DNA of 64,000 bases from Sutterella sp. (GCA_020025965.1 JAHHRG010000001.1:6911-70910); one strand, 5' to 3'. Shown: positions 38,633-48,938, counted from the stretch's first letter. Notes: generated from the sequence alone by a model not told the origin. A program made the numbers and translations.

Positions 38633-40335
38633 TTCTTTTCCAAGCCGAGTTTCTTACCGATTTCGATGACTCGCGGATCGTCCTGCGTTTTCTGACGAAG
38701 TGTCAGATAAAAGTCTTTGGCTTCTTGAACACGGCCGCCTTTGCAGAGAATTTCGACCAAATGACCGGCAACTTCGATATCGAAGAGCTTCTTGAGAGAC
38801 GTGATCGTAAATTCGGCAGCCTGATCGTAGCGGCCTTCCTTAAAGCAAAGCCATCCCATGGAGTCGAGAACATATGGATCAGCCGGCGCCAGTCGATAGG
38901 CGTGTTCGATCAAGCTTCTTGCTTCGGTAAGATTTCGATTGGCGACAACCCAGATGTAACCTAAGGCATTGTTGCCTTGGATATGATCGGGGGCGAGTTC
39001 GAGAAGCTTTAAAAGATACCCTTCGGCTAAGTCGCGCTGATTGAGATTAACGGCAGTCATGGCTGTGTCGTAAAGCGTTGCGACATTGTCGGGGTCTTTG
39101 AGCAACTCGGCTTGCATCATTGCCAAGGCATCATTAGCGCGGTTGTTGGCAATCAACAGTTTGGCGCGCGTTGTACGGAAAAGCGACGCATCTTTCGGCG
39201 AATCAATGCTTGCCTTTTCAAGCAACTCAAGTGCGTCGTCAAGACGATTAAGTTCGACGAGCACATTGGCTTCTCGGATACGAGCATCTGGTGCAAGTGG
39301 ACCAGTCGTCAGTTTGGCGAGGTAGCCGGCTTCTTCTGTGTGTTTGCCTGCTAGATGCGCAGCATCAGCCAGGCGCGTCCAAACGTCATTTGACGAGAGA
39401 TCTATTTCAGGATTGAAGTTGCGGGCTGCTTCAATATACTGATTGAGGTAATCCTCTGCGAGGTCATAAGATCGGCAATCGAAGGCAAGAATACCGGCAT
39501 TCAACAAAATGGCCGGATCCTCGGGAGCGTTACGGACCGCTTTTTTTATTTCGGAGAGTGCACGGTCAGAGTGTCCCGTGCGAGCGAGTACCTGGCTGTA
39601 GATGAGTGCGATCGGTGCGTTGTCCGAGTGCTTATGGAGAAAACGAACGAGAATTTGTTCGGATTGTTTCTTGTCGTGACGCCAGCAGATTTCAGCTGAA
39701 GCTGCAACGACTTTCTCATCGTCTGGCGAAAGCTCGACGGCACGAGCAGCCGAGCGGCACGCTTCAGGGAGGTTGCCCTGAGTCTGTCGGAAGATACCGA
39801 TGGCAATTTGTACCTGAGCGCTGTCAGCTTCTTTTTCCCAATAGGGCTCGAGTCCGCTTTCAACAAAGGGAAGTTTACTCGACTGACGGGCAAGTGCCTT
39901 TGTGACGCGGACAACCCAGTCACTTTTATCTTCGGCGATGCGGTACATCAACGCTAATTCTTTTAGGAATTCTTCCTGATGGCCGTTTTGAACAGCATTC
40001 AAAAGGATGGTCTGGTGTGGCATTTCCGACTCGGGATCGAGTTCGATCCAGCGATGCGCAGCAATGAGCAACAGTTCGGTGTCGTTCGTTTGCATAGCTG
40101 CGTGCCAAGCCAACGCCGCAATGTCTGCATTCCCCGTGCGATCAAGTGCCTCGTTGTAATAGCGATAAGCAGTCAACGGCATTCCACGATGTAAAGCAAC
40201 ATCGGCGGAGATAACGTCGGCCAAAGTGTCGGCGATGGACTCGTCAGCAGGTTTGTCCTGTGCTGCCTGAGCGCTCAGAAGGCAAAGTGCGGAACAGATC
40301 GCAACGGTGGTTTTGGTGAAGAAAGACACGGGCAT
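38629..40335 (-). CDS. Secreted tetratricopeptide-repeat (TPR) protein
   Basis: It has a signal peptide (CSALCLLSAQAAQD) and multiple TPR-like A/L/Y-rich helical pairs. The position upstream of lolB is conserved. Confidence 0.7.
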   Translation of the reverse strand: MPVSFFTKTTVAICSALCLLSAQAAQDKPADESIADTLADVISADVALHRGMPLTAYRYYNEALDRTGNADIAALAWHAAMQTNDTELLLIAAHRWIELDPESEMPHQTILLNAVQNGHQEEFLKELALMYRIAEDKSDWVVRVTKALARQSSKLPFVESGLEPYWEKEADSAQVQIAIGIFRQTQGNLPEACRSAARAVELSPDDEKVVAASAEICWRHDKKQSEQILVRFLHKHSDNAPIALIYSQVLARTGHSDRALSEIKKAVRNAPEDPAILLNAGILAFDCRSYDLAEDYLNQYIEAARNFNPEIDLSSNDVWTRLADAAHLAGKHTEEAGYLAKLTTGPLAPDARIREANVLVELNRLDDALELLEKASIDSPKDASLFRTTRAKLLIANNRANDALAMMQAELLKDPDNVATLYDTAMTAVNLNQRDLAEGYLLKLLELAPDHIQGNNALGYIWVVANRNLTEARSLIEHAYRLAPADPYVLDSMGWLCFKEGRYDQAAEFTITSLKKLFDIEVAGHLVEILCKGGRVQEAKDFYLTLRQKTQDDPRVIEIGKKLGLEKK

Positions 40336-40415
40336 GAAGCAGAGTTGCCGAAAAAGAAGATATAAATAAGGTATTGTAAGTTCTTAGTGTACTAGAACAG
40401 CAAGAGCACCGACAT

Positions 40416-41504
40416 ATGTCCCAAGCAAAGGAAGAATTTACGTCCAGACTCCTGACATGGTATCGCGCGAACGGTCGATACAATCTGCCATGGCAAAAGA
40501 GTTGCGAGTGGTATCCTCGCATGCTTTCCGAAGTAATGCTTCAGCAAACGCAGGTAATGACCGTGATTCCGAAGTTCAATGCCTTTATAGAAAAGTATCC
40601 GACACCTGAATCGCTCGCTCGGGCTGCTGATGATGAGGTCATGGCTTTGTGGGCAGGGCTCGGGTATTACTCAAGAGCAAGGAACCTTCTGAAGGCTGTT
40701 CGAGTTGTCGTGAACGATTTGGGTGGTGTTTGTCCACCTACGGCCAAAGGACTTGCTGAACTTCCTGGCATTGGTCCATCGACGGCGGGGGCCATCGCTT
40801 CTTTTGTGTTCAACGAGCGGGCGGTGATGGCGGACGGAAATGCGCAACGCGTTCTTTCAAGAATCTTCCTAGTGGAAGGATCAACTGCAGACACTGCTTT
40901 TAAAAAAGAAATCTGGTCGTTGGCAGAGAGCCTTTTGCCTGCGTCTGACGATATGCCTGCCTATACGCAGGCTCTGATGGACCTAGGGGCTCTTCGCTGT
41001 ACGCGAAACCCAAAATGCGAGGGCTGTCCTATGGCGGATATTTGCGGAGCACTTCAGGTTGATCGTGTGGCCGACTATCCGGCGAAGAAGAAAAAACGCG
41101 AACGCCCCGTAAGGCATCTCGCCGTTGTATTTCCGTTTTCGGGTGACGAAGTTTGGCTTCGTAAAAAAGTAGAGAAAGGCGTTTGGCGTGATTTGTGGCT
41201 TCCTCTCACGGCAGAAACGCAAGAGGAACCCGACCGAGAGAGGATTCCTCGCCTTTGCGGGTTGTCGGACGATGTTATTCGACGTTGTGTAGTCATGGAC
41301 ACGCTGGTTCACGACTTTACTCACTATCGCGTGTTGATTTATGCTGTTGCAGTTGACGTTCGAAAAGACGCGCTCCCAGCAGATGGTCTTTGGATTGTGG
41401 CCGAAAATGACGGTACGGTTGGCATGCCAACACCTATCGCGAGGCTTCTCGAAGATATCAGAAATTATCGTCGAATGATGCCGATTCTCTCGGAGCTTCA
41501 GTGA
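40416..41504 (+). CDS. mutY: A/G-specific adenine DNA glycosylase
   Basis: LPWQKSCEWYPRMLSEVMLQQTQV and the HhH region LPGIGPSTAGAI are present. The 4Fe-4S cluster motif is C-x6-C-x2-C-x5-C (CTRNPKCEGCPMADIC). A NUDIX-like C-terminal domain follows. Confidence 0.92.
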   Translation: MSQAKEEFTSRLLTWYRANGRYNLPWQKSCEWYPRMLSEVMLQQTQVMTVIPKFNAFIEKYPTPESLARAADDEVMALWAGLGYYSRARNLLKAVRVVVNDLGGVCPPTAKGLAELPGIGPSTAGAIASFVFNERAVMADGNAQRVLSRIFLVEGSTADTAFKKEIWSLAESLLPASDDMPAYTQALMDLGALRCTRNPKCEGCPMADICGALQVDRVADYPAKKKKRERPVRHLAVVFPFSGDEVWLRKKVEKGVWRDLWLPLTAETQEEPDRERIPRLCGLSDDVIRRCVVMDTLVHDFTHYRVLIYAVAVDVRKDALPADGLWIVAENDGTVGMPTPIARLLEDIRNYRRMMPILSELQ

Positions 41505-42403
41505 GTTTGGGCAGCTTTTTCTGTGCCGATGATATTTCCCTGATCAACAATCCGGTGGCGAACAATGACGCCGTTGTGATCTCTGAATCGGCGGCCGAGT
41601 TCTTCAGCTACGTAAACTGAGCGGTGCTGACCACCGGTGCAACCGATGGCGACCGTTAGATAATGACGGTTCTGGGCAATGTAGGCTGGTAGCCATTTGC
41701 GGATAAAGCGTTCGATATCCCCGACCATGTCCTGAACGTCTTTTTTTTCGCGAAGGAAAGCGGCGACAGGTTCATCTTTGCCAGTAAATGGACGAAGAGC
41801 CGGATCGTAATAAGGATTCGGCAAACAGCGAACGTCGAAAACCAGATCGGCTGCAACTGGAATCCCGTGCTTGAAACCGAAAGACTCAAAGGCGAGCGTC
41901 ATATGTGTCTGGCGGGTATTCGCGAAATCCTTTACCCATTTGCGAAGCTGCGAAGGCATCAGGTTCGTGGTATCTAGGAGACTCGATTGTTCGGCAAGAG
42001 GCGCCAAGAGCTGACGTTCGAATTCAATAGCTTCCTGTAGACTCAAAATGGTATCAGTTTGAGTCTTTATGGAAAGTCTGTGAGAGAGCGGATGACGGCG
42101 GCGGGTTTCCGAATAGCGTTGAACGAGTTCGTCTGTTGAAGCCGTAAGGAACAAAATGCGCGGATCATCACCGTCAACGGCGAGCTGATTAAGGGCTTCA
42201 AGCGTTGATGTGAAGTCAATTTCACTGCGGGCATCAATGGCGATCGCAGCGGCTGTGACGTTTTTTTTCTTCAAATCGGCCACAACAGGGACTAGGAAAG
42301 TCGCCGGCAAATTGTCGATGCAGAAAAAGCCGCTGTCTTCAAGTTGTTTGAGGGCGATAGACTTACCGCTACCGGAAAGTCCCGAAATGATGAATACACG
42401 CAT
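41498..42403 (-). CDS. rapZ: RNase adapter protein RapZ (YhbJ)
   Basis: The N-terminus is MRVFIISGLSGSGKSIALKQLEDSGFFCIDNLP and the C-terminal region contains IGCTGGQHRSV. Confidence 0.93.
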   Translation of the reverse strand: MRVFIISGLSGSGKSIALKQLEDSGFFCIDNLPATFLVPVVADLKKKNVTAAAIAIDARSEIDFTSTLEALNQLAVDGDDPRILFLTASTDELVQRYSETRRRHPLSHRLSIKTQTDTILSLQEAIEFERQLLAPLAEQSSLLDTTNLMPSQLRKWVKDFANTRQTHMTLAFESFGFKHGIPVAADLVFDVRCLPNPYYDPALRPFTGKDEPVAAFLREKKDVQDMVGDIERFIRKWLPAYIAQNRHYLTVAIGCTGGQHRSVYVAEELGRRFRDHNGVIVRHRIVDQGNIIGTEKAAQTH

Positions 42404-42422
42404 AAAAACGCTTTCCGTTCAT

Positions 42423-42920
42423 TTATTCATTATCTTCGAAATCTTGTTCGAAATGGATGTCTCCGGGTGCAACCCAGCTGTGAAAAAGTTCGCAGACTTC
42501 TACTTCGGTTTTGGCAGATAACAGAGCCTGACGCATGTTCTTATCGGAGAAAATGGCGGCGGTTTCTCGTAAAAGCTTCAGATACTGGTCGTTGTCGTCA
42601 TTGGGAATAAGAAGACAGAAGAAGAGTTGAACAGGACGTCCGTCGGGAGCGTCGAGAGGGAGCGGTTCCTTGGTTCTCAAGAATACGACTGTAGGCTCGG
42701 GGACTTCCGCGAGACGGCCGTGAGGAATGGCGCAACCGCCCCCGACGCAAGTCGACCCGAGTCGTTCGCGCGCAATGAGGGCGTCGAAGGCTGCAGTATG
42801 GGAGATCCCAGCAGACGATTCAAACACCAGACCAGCTTCTTCATAAAGGCGTTTGCGGCTAACGACGTCAAGGTTAAGGCGAACTGTTTCGAGGGTGATT
42901 AACGGAGCAATGAGATTCAT
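42423..42920 (-). CDS. ptsN: PTS IIA-like nitrogen regulatory protein PtsN (EIIA-Ntr)
   Basis: RERLGSTCVGGGCAIPHGR carries the phosphorylatable His motif. The gene lies between rpoN and rapZ. ATG 42920 is preferred over the track start at 43001. Confidence 0.88.
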   Translation of the reverse strand: MNLIAPLITLETVRLNLDVVSRKRLYEEAGLVFESSAGISHTAAFDALIARERLGSTCVGGGCAIPHGRLAEVPEPTVVFLRTKEPLPLDAPDGRPVQLFFCLLIPNDDNDQYLKLLRETAAIFSDKNMRQALLSAKTEVEVCELFHSWVAPGDIHFEQDFEDNE

Positions 42921-42997
42921 ACAATAATGGACCGAGGAAAAACCTCGGAAATAATTGGATAGTTCGAGTGTACCGAACTCTGACGAGAATTGCGGGA

Positions 42998-44440
42998 TCA
43001 ATGACGTTTTCTGACACGTGCGCTAGGGATTCCAACCAATTCACGGTACTTTGCAACTGTTCTTCTGGCAATCTCAATGTTTCTTGCTTGGAGTATTGTA
43101 CAAAGTGCGTCGTCGGTGAGCGGCTTTGCCGGATCTTCGTTGGCAACGAGCTTGGCAATTAGTGCGCTGATCTGAGCTCGGCTCAGTTCCTCAGAGAGTT
43201 GACTCGGATCACCGCTCTTAACGCCAGCTGTTGAAAAGAACGAACGCAGTTCATACATGCCGGTTTGGCAAAGGACGAACTTGCCGTCCACAGCACGCGA
43301 GACAGTAGAGTCATTAATGCCGAGTTCTGTGGCAAGATCTCCGATTTTCCAGGGTTTCAAAGACGTTGGGCCGTCAGTGAAGAACGCCTTTTGTTCTCGT
43401 ACAAGGGTGTCGCCGATTTTCTGCAAAGTCTCCTGACGAGCGAGCAAGCCGCGCATGAAGCTTCGAGCTTCGTCTGAATAACGTGAGGCGAGAGCCTGAC
43501 CGATGTTGGTCGAGATTTCGCGAGCTTCGTCTTTGTCTTTCAATCGCACGTCCTGATAAAGCCCTGTAGGGAGTTTGGCAACGAATTGGTTGTTGTGCCG
43601 AAGAATAATGATGTCTGGTTGAACGTACTGAGGTGTATGAGATGTTTTACGAATCGGATAGGGATTGAGCTTGGAGAGAACAGCAAGTACCTCGTCAAGT
43701 AACTCCGACTTTTTATGAGCGTCTTTAATCAGCGCTTTACGGTTGTGGCGCGCAAGTTCGAGAAGGTCTTCTCTAAGGATCTTTTCGATGACTGTAAGTA
43801 TTTCGTCGGATATGAGACCGTTCTTATTGAGTCGTTCTGCCTGCAGAATCATCGCTTCAACGGGATTTACGGCGCCGATGCCCGGAGGATCCATGCTTTG
43901 AAGTCTCCGAAGAGCTAATTTCCAGTCGGCCAGAGAGACATTGTGAACGCTCGATTCTTTTGCAATGCGTTCGTAGTCGCGGGCAATATTGTCAAGTGGT
44001 GTCGTTAGGAAGCCTCGGTCGTCCAATTCTTCAATCAAACAGACTATAAAAAATGAGTCACGAGGGCTGTAGGAGAGAAAACGCAGATCCTCGAGGAGAT
44101 CCTCGCGGAAATTCGTTTCAACCGCGATATTCTCAATTGGTGAGGTTTCACTCGAAGAGACGTGCCAGACGTTGTACATAGCTTCGAGCGGCAATTCCGG
44201 TTCGGAAGAATTTTCTTCTTCCGAACTGTTTTGAATGTCGTTGTCGGAATTTTTGGAGATCGAGGTTTCGTCAACCTCGGTCAGAGACTCTTCTCGTTCG
44301 AGCAGGGGATTGTTGTCTAGTATCAAGTCAATTTCGGCTTGAAGTTCAACGGACGTCATTTGCAGAAGTTGCAGGGATTGGATTTGTTCCTGCGAAAGTT
44401 GTTGATGCTGCTTGAGCAGAACGTTGAGTCTCGGTTCCAT
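42998..44440 (-). CDS. rpoN: RNA polymerase sigma-54 factor
   Basis: Region I is Q/L-rich (LKQHQQLSQEQIQSLQLLQM), followed by an acidic region II. The RpoN box is ARRTVAKYRE. Confidence 0.95.
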   Translation of the reverse strand: MEPRLNVLLKQHQQLSQEQIQSLQLLQMTSVELQAEIDLILDNNPLLEREESLTEVDETSISKNSDNDIQNSSEEENSSEPELPLEAMYNVWHVSSSETSPIENIAVETNFREDLLEDLRFLSYSPRDSFFIVCLIEELDDRGFLTTPLDNIARDYERIAKESSVHNVSLADWKLALRRLQSMDPPGIGAVNPVEAMILQAERLNKNGLISDEILTVIEKILREDLLELARHNRKALIKDAHKKSELLDEVLAVLSKLNPYPIRKTSHTPQYVQPDIIILRHNNQFVAKLPTGLYQDVRLKDKDEAREISTNIGQALASRYSDEARSFMRGLLARQETLQKIGDTLVREQKAFFTDGPTSLKPWKIGDLATELGINDSTVSRAVDGKFVLCQTGMYELRSFFSTAGVKSGDPSQLSEELSRAQISALIAKLVANEDPAKPLTDDALCTILQARNIEIARRTVAKYRELVGIPSARVRKRH

Positions 44441-44446
44441 AGAATC

Positions 44447-45214
44447 TTACATGCGGAAGTCTTCCCCGAGGTAGATAGTTCGAACATCGGGATTATTGAT
44501 GATCTCGTCTGGTTGGCCAGAGGCGAGGACGCGACCGTCGTTGATGATGTAGGCATGGTCGCAGATCGCCAACGTTTCACGGACGTTGTGGTCGGTAATG
44601 AGTACGCCGATGTTGCGTTCGCGAAGGAAGCGAACGATACGTTGAATTTCAATTACGGCAATCGGGTCCACACCGGCGAACGGTTCGTCGAGTAGGATAA
44701 ACCGCGGATTGGCAGCTAGGGCGCGAGCGATTTCGGTACGACGACGTTCTCCTCCCGAGAGCGACATGGCAAGGTCGGTGCGAAGTCGTGCGATCGAGAG
44801 CTCGTCTAGAAGGTTGTTGAGACTTTTTTCGATTTCATCCTTCGAGAGTGGCTTGCCTTCATCGTCCGTCTGCAATTCAAGAATGGCACGGATGTTGTCT
44901 TCTACCGTGAGCTTACGGAAGACACTAGCTTCCTGAGGAAGGTAGGAGAGCCCCATGCGGGCTCGCTTGTAGATCGGCATGTGCACGATCGATTCACCGT
45001 CAAGTTTGATCGTACCATTGTCAGCGTTAACTAGGCCTACTACCATGTAGAAAGTGGTCGTTTTACCGGCACCGTTTGGACCGAGAAGACCGACGACTTC
45101 GCCGGACTTCACCTTAAGGCTGACGCCTTTGACAACCTGACGAGAGCCGTAGTGTTTCATTAAACCGTCGGCTTCCAACGTGTGAACGGTTTGTTCGTTA
45201 GTGAATTCGGACAC
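44447..45214 (-). CDS. lptB: LPS export ABC transporter ATP-binding protein
   Basis: [33 protein letters not shown] and a C-terminal YLGEDF are present. Confidence 0.95.
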   Translation of the reverse strand: MSEFTNEQTVHTLEADGLMKHYGSRQVVKGVSLKVKSGEVVGLLGPNGAGKTTTFYMVVGLVNADNGTIKLDGESIVHMPIYKRARMGLSYLPQEASVFRKLTVEDNIRAILELQTDDEGKPLSKDEIEKSLNNLLDELSIARLRTDLAMSLSGGERRRTEIARALAANPRFILLDEPFAGVDPIAVIEIQRIVRFLRERNIGVLITDHNVRETLAICDHAYIINDGRVLASGQPDEIINNPDVRTIYLGEDFRM

Positions 45215-45217
45215 GAT

Positions 45218-45811
45218 TTAATCCTTGGACGTAGAAAGCTTGGTGGAGCTAGAGAGAGAAGTTCCGGTACGCGGTTCGTTCTTTTCCGAACTCTTGCGTG
45301 GAGCGATGATCGTAGTGACTCGTTGCCCCTTTGTACCCTGAACGTTCGAACGGGCGTTGCGCATGTCATAAACAATGCGTTCGCCACTCGTCATGTCTTT
45401 ACTGATTCCGTTTTCTGTGCGGTTAAGAGATGCATTCTCGGTGAGCGTAACAGTGTCAGTTTCTTCGTCATAAACGATGCAGTTGGCATCGGCATGAACC
45501 CATTCTTCAATATGTGCTTTTTTCTGATCGCGTTGCTGCTTGAAGTGAGCCGGCTGGCCGGTGATAACGACGTGACGGTAACCCTTGGGTGTGATGCTTA
45601 ACTCGAGACGTACCCCCGTCAGGCGCATGGAACCTTGCGTCACGACGACGTTGCCGGAATAAATAGCAGTCTGCTTGATTTCATCGCCGTTGAAACGGTC
45701 GGCGGTCACTTCAATCGGTTGATCGCGATCGGTGTCGAGCGCTAGAGCAGGACTCGAAATGGTAGCGGCTAGGAAAAGGGAGATTAATAGCTTTCTCATT
45801 GGATCAATCAA
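45218..45811 (-). CDS. lptA: LPS transport periplasmic protein LptA
   Basis: It has a signal peptide and an OstA-like beta-jellyroll (IEVTADRFNGDE...YSGNVVVTQGSMRLTG). It sits between lptC and lptB. Confidence 0.8.
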   Translation of the reverse strand: MIDPMRKLLISLFLAATISSPALALDTDRDQPIEVTADRFNGDEIKQTAIYSGNVVVTQGSMRLTGVRLELSITPKGYRHVVITGQPAHFKQQRDQKKAHIEEWVHADANCIVYDEETDTVTLTENASLNRTENGISKDMTSGERIVYDMRNARSNVQGTKGQRVTTIIAPRKSSEKNEPRTGTSLSSSTKLSTSKD

Positions 45812-46422
45812 TTAAAAGGGAGCGAAGGTGACCGGGTATTCGGGTGGAAGGTCGTTGAAATACGATCTTTCAATTCTAGCTGTCGCCCTATGTTGTCGTA
45901 GGACATACCGCCCTTGGCTTTGAACTCGTCGGGGCCACGACGCATCAGAACCGGCTTGTCGGTTTCCAGTTTGGAAATGTCAAGGTAGGTCCTCATATAT
46001 TCAGTGTTGAAATACATTTCGGGACTTTGTTTATCCGCACGACGTGTAACGGTTACGTTGCCAGCCAATTCAATCGTTTCCAGATCGTCGTTGCTCCAAG
46101 CACGTTCACTCTTGAGGGTGAGTTGCGGTTTGTCGGGGTTCAACGAGAAATAACGAACATCGGTCGCGTTCATGTGTCCATCAGAAAAATGATTCATTTC
46201 GAACGCTGAAAGACGATCGGAGGCGATTCCGTTCTTATCAAAACTCGTGAGCATCACGTTTTTGGCCTGGAAGTCGGGGCTACTTTCGCTCGGGACATAT
46301 TTCAAGCCTTCGTATTGAGTCTGAATCGAGTAGTAATAGCTACTGGCTACCAACATGCAAAGGAGTGTGGCTCCGATGATGGCAGTGATGCGGTCGCGAA
46401 TGACAAGTCTGCGTTGGCCCAT
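45808..46422 (-). CDS. lptC: LPS export system protein LptC
   Basis: It has a single N-terminal TM segment and is about 200 aa. It is positioned between kdsC and lptA and overlaps lptA by 4 nt. Confidence 0.75.
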   Translation of the reverse strand: MGQRRLVIRDRITAIIGATLLCMLVASSYYYSIQTQYEGLKYVPSESSPDFQAKNVMLTSFDKNGIASDRLSAFEMNHFSDGHMNATDVRYFSLNPDKPQLTLKSERAWSNDDLETIELAGNVTVTRRADKQSPEMYFNTEYMRTYLDISKLETDKPVLMRRGPDEFKAKGGMSYDNIGRQLELKDRISTTFHPNTRSPSLPFN

Positions 46423-46474
46423 GGATACTCGAATAAAGTCGTGAAATTACCAAAAGGTGTCGGATGGCAAGAAA

Positions 46475-47008
46475 TTATTTGCCCAGAACATAAGTGTCAT
46501 GGACAAGTTTATCCCACACACCCTGAGATGTAAGAATGAGTTCAGTCAATTCTCGAACGGCCCCTGCGCCGCCCGCTTTGCGGGACTGCCAATGCGTGTA
46601 GTTGAGAAGAGCTGGATTACCATCGGCAGGTGTCGTTGCAAGCCCTACGCGCATAAGAAGCGGCAGATCCGGGACATCATCGCCCATGTAAGCAACTTCG
46701 GCATCTGTCAGTCCTGTTTCTTTTAAGAGCGTTTCATAGGCGGTTGTCTTGAAGCGCTGTCCCTGGGCGACACGCGTCACACCGAGTTCGCGCATGCGTT
46801 CAGCAACGATCTGAGATGTGCGTCCCGTGATGATAGCGACTTCAATACCAGCCTTCTGTAGCATTTTGATGCCTAGACCGTCACGAACGTTGAAGTGCTT
46901 ATAGAGCTCGCCCGTGGCAGCAATGTTAACGGCACCGTCAGTCAGAACGCCGTCAACGTCTAGAACGAGCATGCGTACGCGAGCGGCGCGAGATTCCACC
47001 GTAGTCAT
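46475..47008 (-). CDS. kdsC: 3-deoxy-D-manno-octulosonate 8-phosphate phosphatase
   Basis: VLDVDGVLTDG carries HAD motif I. GIEVAIITGR and YMGDDVPDLP are present. The protein is 177 aa. Confidence 0.9.
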   Translation of the reverse strand: MTTVESRAARVRMLVLDVDGVLTDGAVNIAATGELYKHFNVRDGLGIKMLQKAGIEVAIITGRTSQIVAERMRELGVTRVAQGQRFKTTAYETLLKETGLTDAEVAYMGDDVPDLPLLMRVGLATTPADGNPALLNYTHWQSRKAGGAGAVRELTELILTSQGVWDKLVHDTYVLGK

Positions 47009-47029
47009 GACTTTCTCTCTTCTTCGGAA

Positions 47030-48013
47030 TTAAAGAACTTTAGCCGCAATCAGATCGTGCGTATGCACGGCACCGATGAGGCGGTTTTCTTCGTCAACGA
47101 CGAGAAGTTGGTTGCACTGTGATTCGTCAATAAGTTTGACGGCAGCAGCCGCGAGTTCGCTGGCCGCGATGGTTTTCGGCGTACGAGTCATCACGTCGCC
47201 GATGACGATCTGACGAATGTCGCCCACACGTTCGATGAGACGGCGAAGATCGCCTTCTGTAAAGATGCCTACGACGCGATTGTTGTCGTCAACTACACTA
47301 GTCATCCCGATGTGCTTTGCCGTAATTTCACGTACGGCATCGAGAACCGTAACGGATTGACGTACGGATGGGATATCTTCGCCGGTACGCATGAGATCCT
47401 GAACGTGAATGAGAAGACGACGACCCAAAGCTCCACCTGGATGACTGCGTGCAAAGTCTTCTTTGGTGAATCCCTTGGCAGAAAGACAGGCAACGGCGAG
47501 TGCATCGCCTAAAGCGAGCGTCATCGTGGTCGACGTCGTCGGCGCCAAATTGAGCGGACAGGCTTCACGCTTGACATGGCAGTTAATGTGCACATCGGCA
47601 TATCGAGCCAAGCTTGATTCGGGATTTCCCGTCATGGCGATGAGCGTAGCGCCTTCTCGCTTGAGCGTGGGGACAATGGTGAGCAGTTCATTAGTTTCGC
47701 CCGAATAGGAAATGGCGAGAACGGCATCGGCGGCAGTAATCATTCCGAGGTCGCCGTGAGCAGCTTCGGCTGCATGCACAAAATAAGCAGGTGTACCGGT
47801 CGAAGCAAAGGTGGCGGCTAGTTTGCGGCCGATGTGACCGGACTTGCCAACACCGGAGACTATCAGTCGGCCCCGACAATTCAATAAGAGAGAAACAGCC
47901 TTGACGAATTCCTCCCCGAGTTCGGCGGCGGCATGAGTCAGGGCGGCGGCCTCTTGCGTCAAAACTTCCCGGCCCAACTGCACGGCAGTTTCGGCATCGA
48001 GTGTGTAATGCAT
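47030..48013 (-). CDS. kdsD: Arabinose-5-phosphate isomerase (SIS plus tandem CBS)
   Basis: GRLIVSGVGKSGHIGRKLAATFASTGTPA marks the SIS domain and SHPGGALGR is present. Two C-terminal CBS domains follow. Confidence 0.93.
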   Translation of the reverse strand: MHYTLDAETAVQLGREVLTQEAAALTHAAAELGEEFVKAVSLLLNCRGRLIVSGVGKSGHIGRKLAATFASTGTPAYFVHAAEAAHGDLGMITAADAVLAISYSGETNELLTIVPTLKREGATLIAMTGNPESSLARYADVHINCHVKREACPLNLAPTTSTTMTLALGDALAVACLSAKGFTKEDFARSHPGGALGRRLLIHVQDLMRTGEDIPSVRQSVTVLDAVREITAKHIGMTSVVDDNNRVVGIFTEGDLRRLIERVGDIRQIVIGDVMTRTPKTIAASELAAAAVKLIDESQCNQLLVVDEENRLIGAVHTHDLIAAKVL

Positions 48014-48110
48014 GTCGGATGTCCTTAAACGAAATTAATCTATTAATGATAACGAAAAGAGGCGATACGCGTTAGCTGGAAATGAAGCAAATTGTTCGTT
48101 TTCAGCTATG

Positions 48111-48137
48111 AAAAAGCCCCGAAATTCGGGGCTTTTG
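48111..48137 (-). terminator. Terminator after the ABC transporter ATPase gene
   Basis: AAAAGCCCCG-aaatt-CGGGGCTTTT is a perfect stem. On the minus strand it is followed by TTTTTCAT. Confidence 0.8.
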
Positions 48138-48163
48138 AGAAAACGAAGGATCTGAGCTGTTTA

Positions 48164-48898
48164 TCAGTGCTGGAGAATCTTCGAAAGGAACTGCTGAGCG
48201 CGTTCCGTATGCGGGGATTCGAAAAATTCCTTCGCCGGCAGGTTTTCAATGATTTCACCGGCATCCATGAAGATGACACGGTCGGCAACCTTACGGGCAA
48301 AGCCCATTTCATGTGTAACGCACATCATGGTCATGCCTTCTTTGGCGAGCTGGACCATTACGTCAAGCACTTCGTTAATCATTTCCGGGTCGAGAGCTGA
48401 GGTCGGTTCGTCAAAGAGCATGCAGATTGGGTCCATTGCGAGGGCACGGGCAATGGCAACGCGCTGCTGCTGACCACCAGAGAGCTGGCCGGGGAACTTG
48501 TCGGCGTGCTTCAGAAGTCCGACGCGGTCAAGAAGTTTCAGTCCGCGTTCGGTTGCTTCTTCGCGGTTGCGTCCTAAAACTTTCATCTGGGCGAGAACAA
48601 GGTTTTCACGAATCGAAAGGTGTGGGAAGAGTTCGAAGTGTTGGAATACCATACCAACGCGACTGCGTAGCTTAGGCATGTTGGTTTTAGGGTCACCGAC
48701 GGACACGCCGTCAACCAAAATTTCACCCTTCTGGAAGGGTTCGAGCGCGTTGACAGTCTTGATGAGGGTGGATTTGCCGGAACCGGACGGGCCGCAGACG
48801 ACGACTACTTCGCCTTTCTGAACTTCAACAGAGCAGTCCTTGAGCACCTGAAAGTTGCCATACCACTTGCTGATGTTTTTAATTTCGATCATTGCCAT
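48164..48898 (-). CDS. gltL: Polar amino-acid (glutamate/aspartate-type) ABC transporter ATP-binding protein
   Basis: GPSGSGKSTLI, LSGGQQQRVAIARALAMDP and MLFDEPTSALDPE are present. It belongs to the HisP/GltL family. The substrate is inferred from operon layout only. Confidence 0.85.
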   Translation of the reverse strand: MAMIEIKNISKWYGNFQVLKDCSVEVQKGEVVVVCGPSGSGKSTLIKTVNALEPFQKGEILVDGVSVGDPKTNMPKLRSRVGMVFQHFELFPHLSIRENLVLAQMKVLGRNREEATERGLKLLDRVGLLKHADKFPGQLSGGQQQRVAIARALAMDPICMLFDEPTSALDPEMINEVLDVMVQLAKEGMTMMCVTHEMGFARKVADRVIFMDAGEIIENLPAKEFFESPHTERAQQFLSKILQH

Positions 48899-48938
48899 GA
48901 TGGGGGATATCCTTTGTATGAATTTTTTATTTGAGCCG

